Positions 28,418 through 37,711 of a DNA stretch of 64,000 nt are shown one piece after another; the stretch's first letter is position 1, and each line of letters begins with the position of its first letter. The notes beneath the pieces are model-generated. The model searched no databases. It was not told the origin of the DNA and saw only the letters and a program-made list of their open reading frames with translations. Both the position numbers and the translations under genes were made by a program. The stretch is taken from NCBI GenBank assembly GCA_965242865.1, contig CBDETK010000013.1, positions 2,240,001 through 2,304,000 of the forward strand, in the 5' to 3' direction. Origin of the DNA: Candidatus Latescibacterota bacterium. Its GTDB lineage: Bacteria > Latescibacterota > UBA2968 > UBA8231.

Positions 28418-28909
28418 ATGCCAACAGTTTATTTGGAAACGACAATTCCCAGTTACTTAGCTGCGCGGTCGAGCCGCGATATTATTATTGCTGCTCATCA
28501 GCAGATTACACGTAATTGGTGGCGCGATGCTCGCGAGCGTTTCGATGTATACATTTCCGAGGCTGTGTTAGCAGAAATTCGCGTCGGAGATCCAGACGTA
28601 GTCACACGCCGTCTCGCGATCATTGAGGGATTGCCTATCGTAGAGATCAACGATGGAGTGCGAGACCTCGTTCGTATCTACGAACAACGTCTTGGTTTGA
28701 CAGGTCGGGCCCGAGCCGACTTGCCCCATATTGCTTTTGCTGTCGCGTATGCAATGGATTATCTGGTGACGTGGAATTGTGCCCATATTGCTAATGGGGC
28801 AGTCATTCGGCGGCTCGTGGACATTAATTCAGCATTACATCGTCATACGCCAATCATTGTTACACCGGAAGAACTATTTGAACCCGAACCTCCCGGAGGG
28901 GAAACATGA
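28418..28909 (+). CDS. PIN-domain (VapC-like) toxin
   Basis: VYLETTIPSYL, ISEAVLAE, DLPHIA, LVTWNCAHIAN, TPEEL; lower GC than flanks. Confidence 0.85.
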   Translation: MPTVYLETTIPSYLAARSSRDIIIAAHQQITRNWWRDARERFDVYISEAVLAEIRVGDPDVVTRRLAIIEGLPIVEINDGVRDLVRIYEQRLGLTGRARADLPHIAFAVAYAMDYLVTWNCAHIANGAVIRRLVDINSALHRHTPIIVTPEELFEPEPPGGET

Positions 28910-29739
28910 ACCGCGATCCTATTGTTGAAGAAATTCACCAGACCCGGCAGAAGCTCTTAGAAGAGTGCGGTGGCGATCTCGACCGATTGCTGGACCGTTT
29001 GAAAGCCAGTGAAAAGCGCGATCGAGGTTACAGGGTGTCCACTACATCTCTGCCGACAAAGACTTACGTTATTAAATCGACTGAGTCGGTACTGCGCTCG
29101 CTATTAGGGGTCATACCGTCCATTGGGACGGCATTAAACGAAGCTATTTTTGATCTGCGCGCCCGTCTTAAACAGGAGCGTCTCGAAAGGTTCGTGGAGG
29201 AATTGGCTAGTATCCTTCAGACCCTTGAATCCGACAAGATCGATGTCGCCTATATTCAAAGCGATGAGTTTGTTGATTTCCTAGAAGATGTCCTCATACG
29301 AGCCGCCAAGGTCAGAGCGGAGGAAAAGCGACGAAAACTGGCCGCAGTACTCGCAGGCCGATTGCAGGCCGCTGAAGGTACGTCTTTCGACGATCTCTTT
29401 CTCGATTTATTGATTTCCTTGTCAGACATCCAAGTGCGTATTTTGGTCGAACACCTGCGGGCGGCTGAGAGACGAGAAAATTCAGGGGGAGACGCTGAGC
29501 ACCGCCAGTCGAGTTACTACAAGGTCTCGGAGTCAAAGTACTGTTTTCTGATCCAAGATTTAATGTCAAAGGCACTTCTCTACGCCCCGGTGTTCGGCCG
29601 TGGGAATCTTGGCCCATTTCAGTTCCTAGAAGTAACAGAGCTTGGGCAAGCGTTTATCCGCTTTTTAGAGCATGCCGATTGCGTGCTTGAGGCTGCTGAG
29701 GAACCCGGTCATCCCACCTCTTGCCGAATCGACAAATAA
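28906..29739 (+). CDS. Putative antitoxin (DPIVEEI-type) fused to an Abi-alpha/DUF4393-like domain
   Basis: N-terminal MNRDPIVEEIHQTRQKL..GGDL; then IPSIGTAL...SDEF...EEKRRKLA...LSDIQVRIL...VTELGQAF. ATGA overlap with the PIN gene. Confidence 0.55.
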   Translation: MNRDPIVEEIHQTRQKLLEECGGDLDRLLDRLKASEKRDRGYRVSTTSLPTKTYVIKSTESVLRSLLGVIPSIGTALNEAIFDLRARLKQERLERFVEELASILQTLESDKIDVAYIQSDEFVDFLEDVLIRAAKVRAEEKRRKLAAVLAGRLQAAEGTSFDDLFLDLLISLSDIQVRILVEHLRAAERRENSGGDAEHRQSSYYKVSESKYCFLIQDLMSKALLYAPVFGRGNLGPFQFLEVTELGQAFIRFLEHADCVLEAAEEPGHPTSCRIDK

Positions 29740-29748
29740 CTCGGTGCG

Positions 29749-30594
29749 TCAATCCCCAAAGCCGAGGAAGCGTCGGGCGGTCTCGCCCATGATGAGCTTG
29801 CGCTGATCGCTGCTCAGGTCGGGTAGCAGGTGGTCGAGCACCTCGACGCACTCTCCGTAGCCGGGATCGGCTACAATCCAAGGAAAATCCGAAGCCCACA
29901 GCAGGCGGCTGGCCCCAAAGGCCGACAGCAGGCGGCGATGCCAAGCGGCCAAGTCGAGATAGGGATAGGCCGCCTTGCTCATGGCGTATTGACCCGACAG
30001 GTGGACGCAGACGTTGGGCGAATCGGGCGCAGGGCCGAGCAACCCGGTCGGCGGCGGCATCTCCACGTCGATTTGCGGCCGGCCCTTGGCGTCCCAAGTA
30101 AATCGATCCGGGCGCGGGCAGACCATGAGGTGATTGATCACGACGCGCACTTGGGGGAAAGCCGCGAGGAACTGGGGCAGCCGCCGGGCATCGGCTGCGC
30201 GCAGGTAGAGCCAGAGCACGTAGTCTTGGCGGGCGGCGTGTTCCCAGATAGGACGAGAACCGTCGCCGAGCGAGCGGAGCCGGAAGCCGATGATCGAGCC
30301 GTCTTCAGCGAGGCGATCCATCTGGTCGGCGGGCGCGGGCGCGTCGGGCGGTATCAAGCCGATGCCCAAGAAGCGGTCGGGATAGGTGCGGAGGCAGTGT
30401 TGTAAATAGGCGTGGTGCGCGAGGCTGGTGCCGCCGGTTTGCACGAGCACGGCCTTGTCGATGGCGTGGTCGGCCATCTGCGCCAACAGCGCCTCGACAG
30501 GTGCTTCGCGCTCGGCAGGCATGCTCGGGGTGACCGTGCGTGGGAACTCGGCACTGGGGCGGGCGAAGACGTGTAGGTGAGCGTCGATACGCAT
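29749..30594 (-). CDS. Amidohydrolase family protein (Amidohydro_2)
   Basis: IDAHLH, VVINH, LLWASDFP. Confidence 0.88.
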   Translation of the reverse strand: MRIDAHLHVFARPSAEFPRTVTPSMPAEREAPVEALLAQMADHAIDKAVLVQTGGTSLAHHAYLQHCLRTYPDRFLGIGLIPPDAPAPADQMDRLAEDGSIIGFRLRSLGDGSRPIWEHAARQDYVLWLYLRAADARRLPQFLAAFPQVRVVINHLMVCPRPDRFTWDAKGRPQIDVEMPPPTGLLGPAPDSPNVCVHLSGQYAMSKAAYPYLDLAAWHRRLLSAFGASRLLWASDFPWIVADPGYGECVEVLDHLLPDLSSDQRKLIMGETARRFLGFGD

Positions 30595-30606
30595 AGTGAA
30601 TGTCCC

Positions 30607-30988
30607 TTACGGACGAGGCCCACTTAAAAGCAGCGATTTGATCCGTCCCCACGTTTGCGACTCGACGCTCGTACCCGCAGGGAGCATCGGTTGCCAAGCA
30701 GGAGAATGCCCACCTAAGCCGTTAGTCAATTCGACCCAGTCGTCCCCGTCTATATCAGCGGCCCAAATCTCAAACTGACTTCGCGCCATCCGGGGACCAC
30801 GCCGGGCTAGTGCAATCCCGTCCTTGGGTTAGGTTTACGGGGTTGCTCCCATCCGCCTGCATAATCCACACGTCCTCGTGCCCTTGGCGGTCGGAGATAA
30901 ACGCTATTTTGCCGTCAGCTTGTCCCCAGCCAGCGGCGGCCAACCCCAGCGTAGTCAAGCAGACGATCAGCATGGTTCGATAGTCCAT
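30607..30988 (-). pseudogene. TolB-like PD40-repeat secreted protein, internally deleted and frameshifted
   Basis: Frame 1 has a signal peptide plus KIAFISDR...PAWSPDGAK and then stops at 30770. Frame 2 resumes QFEIWAADIDG...SPAWQP...VESQTWGRIK. Confidence 0.7.
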
Positions 30989-31169
30989 AACATGGCTCCT
31001 TCGTTAGGGAAATGTTCAATTGGGCAGCACCGGCTCGGCTCGACCCCTTTCGTCTGTGCATCCCTACCACGAGTAACCGTCACCTCCTTTCGTCGGCCTC
31101 GGTCTCGCCGTTGCGAATTATAAATACGCAAGTTTCGTGCCAACGAACAGCTTTGAAACAAAAAATCCT

Positions 31170-31463
31170 TCAGGATGTCGAGGCAGATTTCTGGAAAAGG
31201 GTACAAACCCAGTTTATATAGATACGACTACAGTCCGAACGTTGGCGAACCAACCAGCAGCCGATTGGCTTGTCAACAGGGCAGTTCGGGTCGTAAGTGC
31301 AGCCAACATATCGATATCCTGATGTACAGCCGGCTTCGGCCTCCTTGCCTCCGAGCAGGACTGCGATCCACGTGAGGGCACTGATGACCCAGCCGAGGGC
31401 CAAACCCTGCCGAGCCGGCACCAACCCGCTTGACGACATGAAAAACTCCCTCAAGTTCTGCAT
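31170..31463 (-). CDS. Small secreted cysteine-rich peptide precursor
   Basis: RBS AGGAGA; hydrophobic leader ending AEA|G; six Cys in the predicted mature part. Confidence 0.6.
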   Translation of the reverse strand: MQNLREFFMSSSGLVPARQGLALGWVISALTWIAVLLGGKEAEAGCTSGYRYVGCTYDPNCPVDKPIGCWLVRQRSDCSRIYINWVCTLFQKSASTS

Positions 31464-31565
31464 GATTCTCGTCTCCTACGTTGCCCAGTACGCCGGCGGT
31501 CCGATACCGCTGGCACTGGAAGTGAGTGTTGAAAATCAGCCGATACGAGTTCGCATCCCCTCCTT

Positions 31566-31615
31566 TCTTTTGAATCGGCCTAGCTTCTACTCTTTTGAAT
31601 CGGCCTAGCTTCTAC
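31566..31615. repeat. Perfect 25-bp tandem duplication
   Basis: TCTTTTGAATCGGCCTAGCTTCTAC, two copies. Confidence 0.9.
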
Positions 31616-31663
31616 GGATTATATAGGCAAATTGCGTACCAAAAAGCAGGGCATGCACAAAAA

Positions 31664-31690
31664 AATCCTTTAGGATTGCCCTAAAGGATT
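31664..31690. promoter_or_regulatory. 11-bp inverted repeat, putative operator
   Basis: AATCCTTTAGG-ATTGC-CCTAAAGGATT. Confidence 0.5.
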
Positions 31691-31762
31691 GAAAAATATG
31701 GGACTTAAAATAATGGACGAGGCTTCTTACGAGCGGCAGCCTTAGCCCGTGGCGCAAGGCTT

Positions 31763-31819
31763 TACACGATTTTCCGTGGGTTCTACGCGACTTTCCGTGG
31801 ATTACACGACTTTCCGAGT
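31763..31819. repeat. Three imperfect 17-bp direct repeats
   Basis: TACRCGAYTTTCCG(TGG) at 31763, 31784 and 31803. Confidence 0.65.
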
Positions 31820-32097
31820 GGGCTGTTGCGTCGCCAAAAGTGTAGTAAGCGGTGCAGTATAGCTTCTTTCGGCGGAATTGGACAGCAGGGGTGCTTGGGG
31901 CTAAGGCTCTTTTCATAGCGGCCCATAAGCCCAATGATCGCAGAGATCGAGAATTAGACCGCTTGAGGGTATTCGGCCCAGCGCGCATCTGATTGTCGAT
32001 ACTTATAGAAGAGGGCTATAATAAACCGGCCGGAGTTATAGGTGCTCGCGGTCCTCAGCCTTGCCGCCGGGCGTACAATGCGCGAAAGAGAGGTGCT

Positions 32098-33099
32098 ATG
32101 GTCAGCGAAGCCGCGCTCATAGACGACATGACGACCCCGACGCCCGAAGTCGTGGCGGCCGTGCGCCAGTTGGACGGGCCGATTCTACTGCTGGGGGTCA
32201 GCGGCAAGATGGGACCGACCTTGGCCGAGTTGTTGGTGCGAGCCGGGGCGCGGCAGGTGGTGGGGGTGGCGCGCTTTGCGAATGCGGAAAAGCGGCACTA
32301 CCTAGAGCGCGTGGGCGTGCAAACCATCGCCTGTGACTTGCTCGCCGACGCAGCCCTGAAAAAGCTGCCCGACGCGCCCAACGTCCTCTTGCTCGCCGGG
32401 TTTAAGTTTGGGGCCACCGGCAATGAAGACGCGACTTGGGCGGTGAATGCCGCGTTGCCCGGCGCGGTGATGGAACGCTATGCCCAGTCGCGGATCGTCT
32501 ATGTGAGCTCGGGCAATGTGTATGCCTATACCAAGGCCCCCGGGCCGGGAGCCGCCGAAGACGGGGCTTTGGACCCGGTGGGCGAGTACGCCCAATCGCG
32601 CTTGGGCGGGGAGCGAATTGCCCAATACGCGTCGCGGGTGCGGGGGACGCCCTTGCTGATTGTGCGGCTGTTTTACGCGACCGAGCCGCGCTATGGCATC
32701 CTCCGCGACCTCGCCGATAAGGTGTGGCAGCAAGAGCCGATTGATCTGACTATGGGCTACGTCAACCAAATTTGGCAGGGCGACGCCAACGCCTATTTGT
32801 GCCGTTTCTTCCCCCTGTGCCACAGCCCAGCCGACGTCATCAACCTGACGGGGCCAGCCGCCTTATCCGTGCGCGAGCTCGCCGAACAACTAGGGAAAAT
32901 CATGGGCCGGTCGCCCCGCTTTACGGGCGCGGCCGCCCCAGACGCCCTCTTGGGGGATAGTCGGCGCTTGTGCGCGGAATTTGGCCGCCCGTGCGTCGGC
33001 CCGGAGCTTATGCTACGCACGGTGGCCGAGTGGGTCATGGCCAGCGGCCCGAGCTTGGGCAAGCCGACCCGCTACGAATCCCGCAGTGGGCAGTTCTAG
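32098..33099 (+). CDS. NAD-dependent epimerase/dehydratase
   Basis: GVSGKMG, SSGNVY, YAQSR, NQIWQGD. Confidence 0.88.
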   Translation: MVSEAALIDDMTTPTPEVVAAVRQLDGPILLLGVSGKMGPTLAELLVRAGARQVVGVARFANAEKRHYLERVGVQTIACDLLADAALKKLPDAPNVLLLAGFKFGATGNEDATWAVNAALPGAVMERYAQSRIVYVSSGNVYAYTKAPGPGAAEDGALDPVGEYAQSRLGGERIAQYASRVRGTPLLIVRLFYATEPRYGILRDLADKVWQQEPIDLTMGYVNQIWQGDANAYLCRFFPLCHSPADVINLTGPAALSVRELAEQLGKIMGRSPRFTGAAAPDALLGDSRRLCAEFGRPCVGPELMLRTVAEWVMASGPSLGKPTRYESRSGQF

Positions 33100-33101
33100 C
33101 C

Positions 33102-33995
33102 GTGACCGAGCAAATTGCCGCGGCGGCCGCCCAGTCCGTCAAAGCGTTGTTGGCGAGCAGCGCGGGCGCGAGTGTGCGGCGGGACGGTCAGTTGTTGTGG
33201 TCCTTGGCCCATTTGTGGGATCAGCCGCGCTACCGGACGCTGGCCGAACAGGTGGCCGAGGGCCGTGAACGCAGGGTGGCCGACTCGGCCGCGGTCTGCG
33301 ATGTCCTCTCATTGGCCGAAGGGCTAGCGGCCTGTGGATATTGGGAACGGGCGCGGTCGCTCGTGCTGCACAGCTTGGCGCGTTGCGACGCGGCCGAGTA
33401 CAGCGGCGAGTCGCCACGGGGACAGCCCATGCCCCAAGGGGCGCACGGCCTCGGCGAATGGGCGCAAGTGCTCAGTGCGTGTACGCGCCTTTTGCACGCC
33501 CGCGCTGACCGCGCATTGCAAATAGCGGCCGCTCGCGCCGTAGCCGCCATCTTGAACTACCACTACCACCCGGACTTGGGGCTGTTGCTCTTTGCCGTCC
33601 GCCGCGACTTCTTCCGCTTTGACGATGGCTGGGGAACCTGCGTGTATAGCGAAGCGGCCCTCGCCGCGCTGACCGCGCTGTTGGACGAGGCCGGCCGCCG
33701 CGGCGAGCCCCTCCTCTGTGCTGTGGCGGGCCGCTACCTGCGCCAACACGTAGAGGCGGCTTGGGACCCGGTCGCCGGCGGCATCCGCAGCGCGTACCAC
33801 GCCGGCGTCTGGAGCGCGGAAAAGCCCGGGGCGGTCCAAGCCGCCGCCGTAGGAGCCTTGGCGACGTTGTGCCGCTATCAGGAGGGGGCTTGGGAGGCCG
33901 AATGGCTGGAGCGGGTGGGCGCGTACCAAAGGACCTGTCCGAGCGATGCGTTCGCAAAGCTGCGCTGCTTAGTTCGCTGGACGCGAGAAACTTGA
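33102..33995 (+). CDS. Divergent AGE (N-acylglucosamine 2-epimerase)-like alpha/alpha-barrel protein
   Basis: GQLLWSLAHLW, RQHVEAAWDPVAGG; short, and the catalytic His motifs are not evident. Confidence 0.5.
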   Translation: MTEQIAAAAAQSVKALLASSAGASVRRDGQLLWSLAHLWDQPRYRTLAEQVAEGRERRVADSAAVCDVLSLAEGLAACGYWERARSLVLHSLARCDAAEYSGESPRGQPMPQGAHGLGEWAQVLSACTRLLHARADRALQIAAARAVAAILNYHYHPDLGLLLFAVRRDFFRFDDGWGTCVYSEAALAALTALLDEAGRRGEPLLCAVAGRYLRQHVEAAWDPVAGGIRSAYHAGVWSAEKPGAVQAAAVGALATLCRYQEGAWEAEWLERVGAYQRTCPSDAFAKLRCLVRWTRET

Positions 33996-34019
33996 CATTG
34001 TGCAGTACGCCGCTATTGC
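33992..34019 (+). promoter_or_regulatory. Possible sigma70 promoter
   Basis: TTGACA-N16-TATTGC upstream of RBS AAGGAGG. Confidence 0.35.
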
Positions 34020-34045
34020 TTGAAAGCGACTCAAAGGAGGTTTCT

Positions 34046-35119
34046 ATGATCGTCTATCACGGCACGACGCGCCGCGCTGCCCGCCAGATTGCCCGCGATG
34101 GCTTTCAGCCGCGGTCGCCCTCGCGGCGGGTGTGGCTTTCGCGGAGCAAGAGTTACGCCAAGCAGCGGGCCCACGCCAAATCGCGGCACACGCGCGATCG
34201 CCTCATTGTGCTGGCCGTAGATATTGATTTGAAAACGCTGCGGCAGCGCTACGGCAGTCGGCAGGTGCGCGAAAGCGGCGGGGTCATCTCGATCAACGGG
34301 GCCATCCCCGCGTCCGCATTGCGCAGCCACTACGGGTTGGGCATCCCGGAAAGCGCCGAAGAGATCGCTCGCTGGCTCAACGCCGTCTTGGGCGTCAAGG
34401 CGCACAAAGGCGTCAGCCCGCGCCACGAGGGCGTCTTGCGCTTGGCCTGCTGGATCGACAACCGACTGGCGACCCAGCCCCAAGCGCGCATCGGCGAGAA
34501 GGAGCTGCTCGCACGCGCCGCGCAGTGGATTCCCGACCGCTTTGCCGGCGTGGCGATCGACTTCGAGCACCTGCGGGTCTGGCCCAAGGTCGCACGGGAA
34601 GCGGCGCAACAGGCCGCGCCCGAACAGGTTGCCCCGGTTGACCGCCGCGAGGAAGAGGCCATCGCTTGCTTAGAATCGGACAAGCCGCAGCGGCAGGTGC
34701 GCGGCTTACAGCTCTTGGCCGACCTCGCCGACCCGGACCTGTTCGAGTGGTGCCTATTGCTGCTCGGCGAGGATCAGCAACAAAACGCGGTCGGCATCCT
34801 CAAGGTGATGCGGCGGTGCGAAGACGTTCAGCCGGAGATGCTGACGCCGTATGCGGAGAGCGAGCACAAGGCGGTGCGCGGCGCGGCCATTGAAGTGCTC
34901 GTCCTACGCAGTGGGCAAGAAGCACCGAAGTGGTTTTGGCGCGGCCTGACCGACCCGGTGCCGCACGTGCGGCTGAGCGCGGCCAAATTCCTTGACCGCC
35001 TCGACCCGCGCGCGCATCGCGACAGTTTTGAAGCCGCGCTCTACGACCCCCACCCGCAGGTGGCGCAAGCGGCGCGCAAGCGGACCAAGCGCATGGGGTT
35101 CGAGCCGTTGGCTTGGTAG
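34046..35119 (+). CDS. HEAT-repeat protein with an N-terminal ADP-ribosyltransferase/Tpt1-like domain
   Basis: RBS AAGGAGG; YHGTT..A..I..DG..P...VWLS; C-terminal HEAT units (AVRGAAIEVL, DPVPHVRLSAA, DPHPQVAQAA). Confidence 0.65.
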   Translation: MIVYHGTTRRAARQIARDGFQPRSPSRRVWLSRSKSYAKQRAHAKSRHTRDRLIVLAVDIDLKTLRQRYGSRQVRESGGVISINGAIPASALRSHYGLGIPESAEEIARWLNAVLGVKAHKGVSPRHEGVLRLACWIDNRLATQPQARIGEKELLARAAQWIPDRFAGVAIDFEHLRVWPKVAREAAQQAAPEQVAPVDRREEEAIACLESDKPQRQVRGLQLLADLADPDLFEWCLLLLGEDQQQNAVGILKVMRRCEDVQPEMLTPYAESEHKAVRGAAIEVLVLRSGQEAPKWFWRGLTDPVPHVRLSAAKFLDRLDPRAHRDSFEAALYDPHPQVAQAARKRTKRMGFEPLAW

Positions 35120-35133
35120 GGGCGCGATTTTTT

Positions 35134-36645
35134 ATGGCTGCTAAACGGCGCGTGGCCTTGGGCGCGATTTTTACCGAGTGCAATCAATTCGGCGGTGAGC
35201 CGATTGATCGGTCGTGGTTTGAGCGCTATGAGTTGCGGCGCGGGCGCGAGGTGCTCGCAGCCGAAGACGGGGTGGTCGGCGGCATGCTCGGCGTACTGGC
35301 AGCGCGCGGCGCAGAGGTCGCGCCCCTGTTGTTTGCCAGCACTTGTCCCGGCGGGCCGCTGACGCGGGCTTGTTACGCCCAGCTCAAGGAAGAGCTTTTG
35401 GCGCGGCTCCACGCGGCCCTCCCGGTCAAGGGCGTCCTCATGCCGCTGCACGGGGCGGCCGCGGTCGAAGGCGGCGTCGATTTAGAAGGGGATTTGCTCG
35501 CGGCCGTGCGGGCGGTCGTCGGCGCCGGCGTGCCCATCGTCGCCACGCTCGATTTACACGCCCATATTTCCGCGCAAATGATGGGCGCGGCCGATGGTTT
35601 GGTGGCTTGGGAAACCTATCCGCACCGCGATGCCTTTTCCACGGGCGAGCGCGGGGCGCGCCTGCTGTGCGATGTGCTCGCCGGCGCGTGCAAACCCGCG
35701 ATGGCCATGGCCAAGGTGCCGGTGCTGACCGGGGCCATTCACGGCTCGACCGAGGGCGACGACCCCTTCGCGCAAGTGATGGCCATGGCCAAGTCCGGCG
35801 AGCAACGCGACGACATCCTCTCGACGAGTGCGATCTTGGTGCATCCCTATCTCGATTTTGCTGGCATGGGCAGCGGCGGGTTGGTGATTGCCGACGGCGA
35901 CTTTGCCGCAGCCGAAGCACTCGCCCGCGCGCTCGCCACCGCGTATTGGGAGCGGCGCTTTGCCTTAGAGCCCGCGTTGTACTCGCCGGCGGATGCCGTG
36001 GGTGCTGGCTTAGCTGTCGAGGGCGGTCCGGTGGTGCTGGTGGAGGCCGCAGACTGCTGTGGCGGCGGGGCAGCGGGCGATAGCGTGGCCGCGCTGGCGG
36101 CACTGGTGCAGGCCGAGGTGGACGGACCGGTGCTGGTGCCCTTGGTCGATGCCCGTGCGGCCGCGGCCTGCCATCAAGCGGGCGTTGGGGCCGAGGTGGA
36201 GCTGGCCTTGGGGCATGGACACGACCCCCGTTGGGGGCCGCCGCTCGCCGTGCGCGGCCGGGTACTGCGGTTGAGCGATGGTCGCTTCCGCTATCGGGGG
36301 GGGATTTGGGAGGGCGTCGAAGGGCAGATGGGACCGGCGGCCGTGCTGGCGTTGGGGCCGATACAGGTCCTGTTGGCGTCGCATCCTACGTACGAGTGGG
36401 AAGGCGAGCAGTTTGCGGCCTTGGAGATGGACGCGGCGCAGGCCCGCTTTATCGTGGCCAAAAACCCCATGAACTACCGCCTCGCCTACGGTGCCATGGC
36501 CCAAGCCATCTTTGTGCTCGACACCCCGGGGCCGACGCCAGCCACAGTGCGGCACCTGCCCTTTGTCCGGCGGGCGCGGCCCTTTTTTCCGCTGGATTCG
36601 GAGATGGAGTTGGAGATGGAGGTTTTGCGCTCGGAGACGCGGTGA
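35134..36645 (+). CDS. M81 family metallopeptidase (MlrC-like)
   Basis: TECNQF, LHGA, DLEGDLL, TLDLHA, YPHRD, DCCGGGAAGD. Confidence 0.9.
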   Translation: MAAKRRVALGAIFTECNQFGGEPIDRSWFERYELRRGREVLAAEDGVVGGMLGVLAARGAEVAPLLFASTCPGGPLTRACYAQLKEELLARLHAALPVKGVLMPLHGAAAVEGGVDLEGDLLAAVRAVVGAGVPIVATLDLHAHISAQMMGAADGLVAWETYPHRDAFSTGERGARLLCDVLAGACKPAMAMAKVPVLTGAIHGSTEGDDPFAQVMAMAKSGEQRDDILSTSAILVHPYLDFAGMGSGGLVIADGDFAAAEALARALATAYWERRFALEPALYSPADAVGAGLAVEGGPVVLVEAADCCGGGAAGDSVAALAALVQAEVDGPVLVPLVDARAAAACHQAGVGAEVELALGHGHDPRWGPPLAVRGRVLRLSDGRFRYRGGIWEGVEGQMGPAAVLALGPIQVLLASHPTYEWEGEQFAALEMDAAQARFIVAKNPMNYRLAYGAMAQAIFVLDTPGPTPATVRHLPFVRRARPFFPLDSEMELEMEVLRSETR

Positions 36646-36955
36646 GAGGGTACTCGGGCCGCCAGTAGCCCATGACTTCCAGTAAGGCCGTGCTTTAAGA
36701 AGATTCTCGCGGCTATTGAGGACTCCCAGCTAGAGGGTAGATTACTAACCGCGAAGAGACACTGGATTTCGTGCAGCCGCACTTGACAGGGTTCAAATGA
36801 TGTATGATGTAATAAACCGGAAGGTTCTGAGATGAGCCTTTTTTCGAGGGCGAGCAGCCCTTATTCGTAGGTTCTTCTTGGTGCGTTAATGGACAGCACG
36901 AAGAATTTAAAACAGTCTCTAAGTGAGCAGCAGAGCACACCGTAAGGATATTTAC

Positions 36956-37711
36956 ATGAGTGATAACTCCTCAATTGAGTGGACCGACGCCACTTGGAAT
37001 CCAGTTACGGGTTGTACGAAGATCAGTACAGGTTGCAAACATTGCTATGCTGAGAGGCTAGCTAAGAGGCTGCAAGCAATAGGTCAAACTAACTATGCCA
37101 ACGGTTTCAACTTAACAATTCAGGATCACATGCTGGAAGTTCCTTTGCGATGGAAGAAGCCACGAAACATCTTTGTCAATTCCATGAGCGACCTCTTTCA
37201 CGACCAAGTGCCACTGGATTACATCCACCAAGTTTTCGACGTGATGACTCGGGCGCGTTGGCATCGGTTTCAGGTGCTGACGAAACGATCTGAGCGCCTT
37301 GCCATGCTGAGTCAAAATCTCAATTGGGCACCGAATGTCTGGATGGGAGTCAGCGTTGAAAACGACGAATATGAGGGTCGGATAGATGATCTTCGGCGAA
37401 CGGGTGCAGGTATAAAATTCCTTTCACTTGAGCCTTTACTAGGGCCGCTATATGGTCTTGATCTAAGGGGGATCGACTGGGTTATCGTAGGAGGGGAATC
37501 AGGACCAAGGAGCCGACCGATGAAAGAGAGTTGGGTACTCAACATCCGCGACCAGTGTCAGAGCGAAAATATTCCCTTCTTCTTCAAGCAATGGGGCGGC
37601 CCGAAGCCGAAATCGGGCGGCCGTCGGCTCGAAGGGATCGAGCACAACGCTATGCCCATTTACCCGATGGCGATGGAGGGAAGAGACTGTGAATTTCAGT
37701 TGGCATCCTAA
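36956..37711 (+). CDS. DUF5131 (phage Gp37/Gp68) three-Cys-motif protein
   Basis: [60 protein letters not shown]. Confidence 0.93.
   Translation: MSDNSSIEWTDATWNPVTGCTKISTGCKHCYAERLAKRLQAIGQTNYANGFNLTIQDHMLEVPLRWKKPRNIFVNSMSDLFHDQVPLDYIHQVFDVMTRARWHRFQVLTKRSERLAMLSQNLNWAPNVWMGVSVENDEYEGRIDDLRRTGAGIKFLSLEPLLGPLYGLDLRGIDWVIVGGESGPRSRPMKESWVLNIRDQCQSENIPFFFKQWGGPKPKSGGRRLEGIEHNAMPIYPMAMEGRDCEFQLAS

Noticed and set aside
31605-31988. 127-aa ORF in the intergenic region
   Set aside because: It runs through the repeats and palindrome and lacks protein-like composition or an RBS.
36783-36813. Sigma70 promoter for DUF5131
   Set aside because: TTGACA is perfect, but the candidate -10 hexamers sit at 14 or 19 nt spacing.
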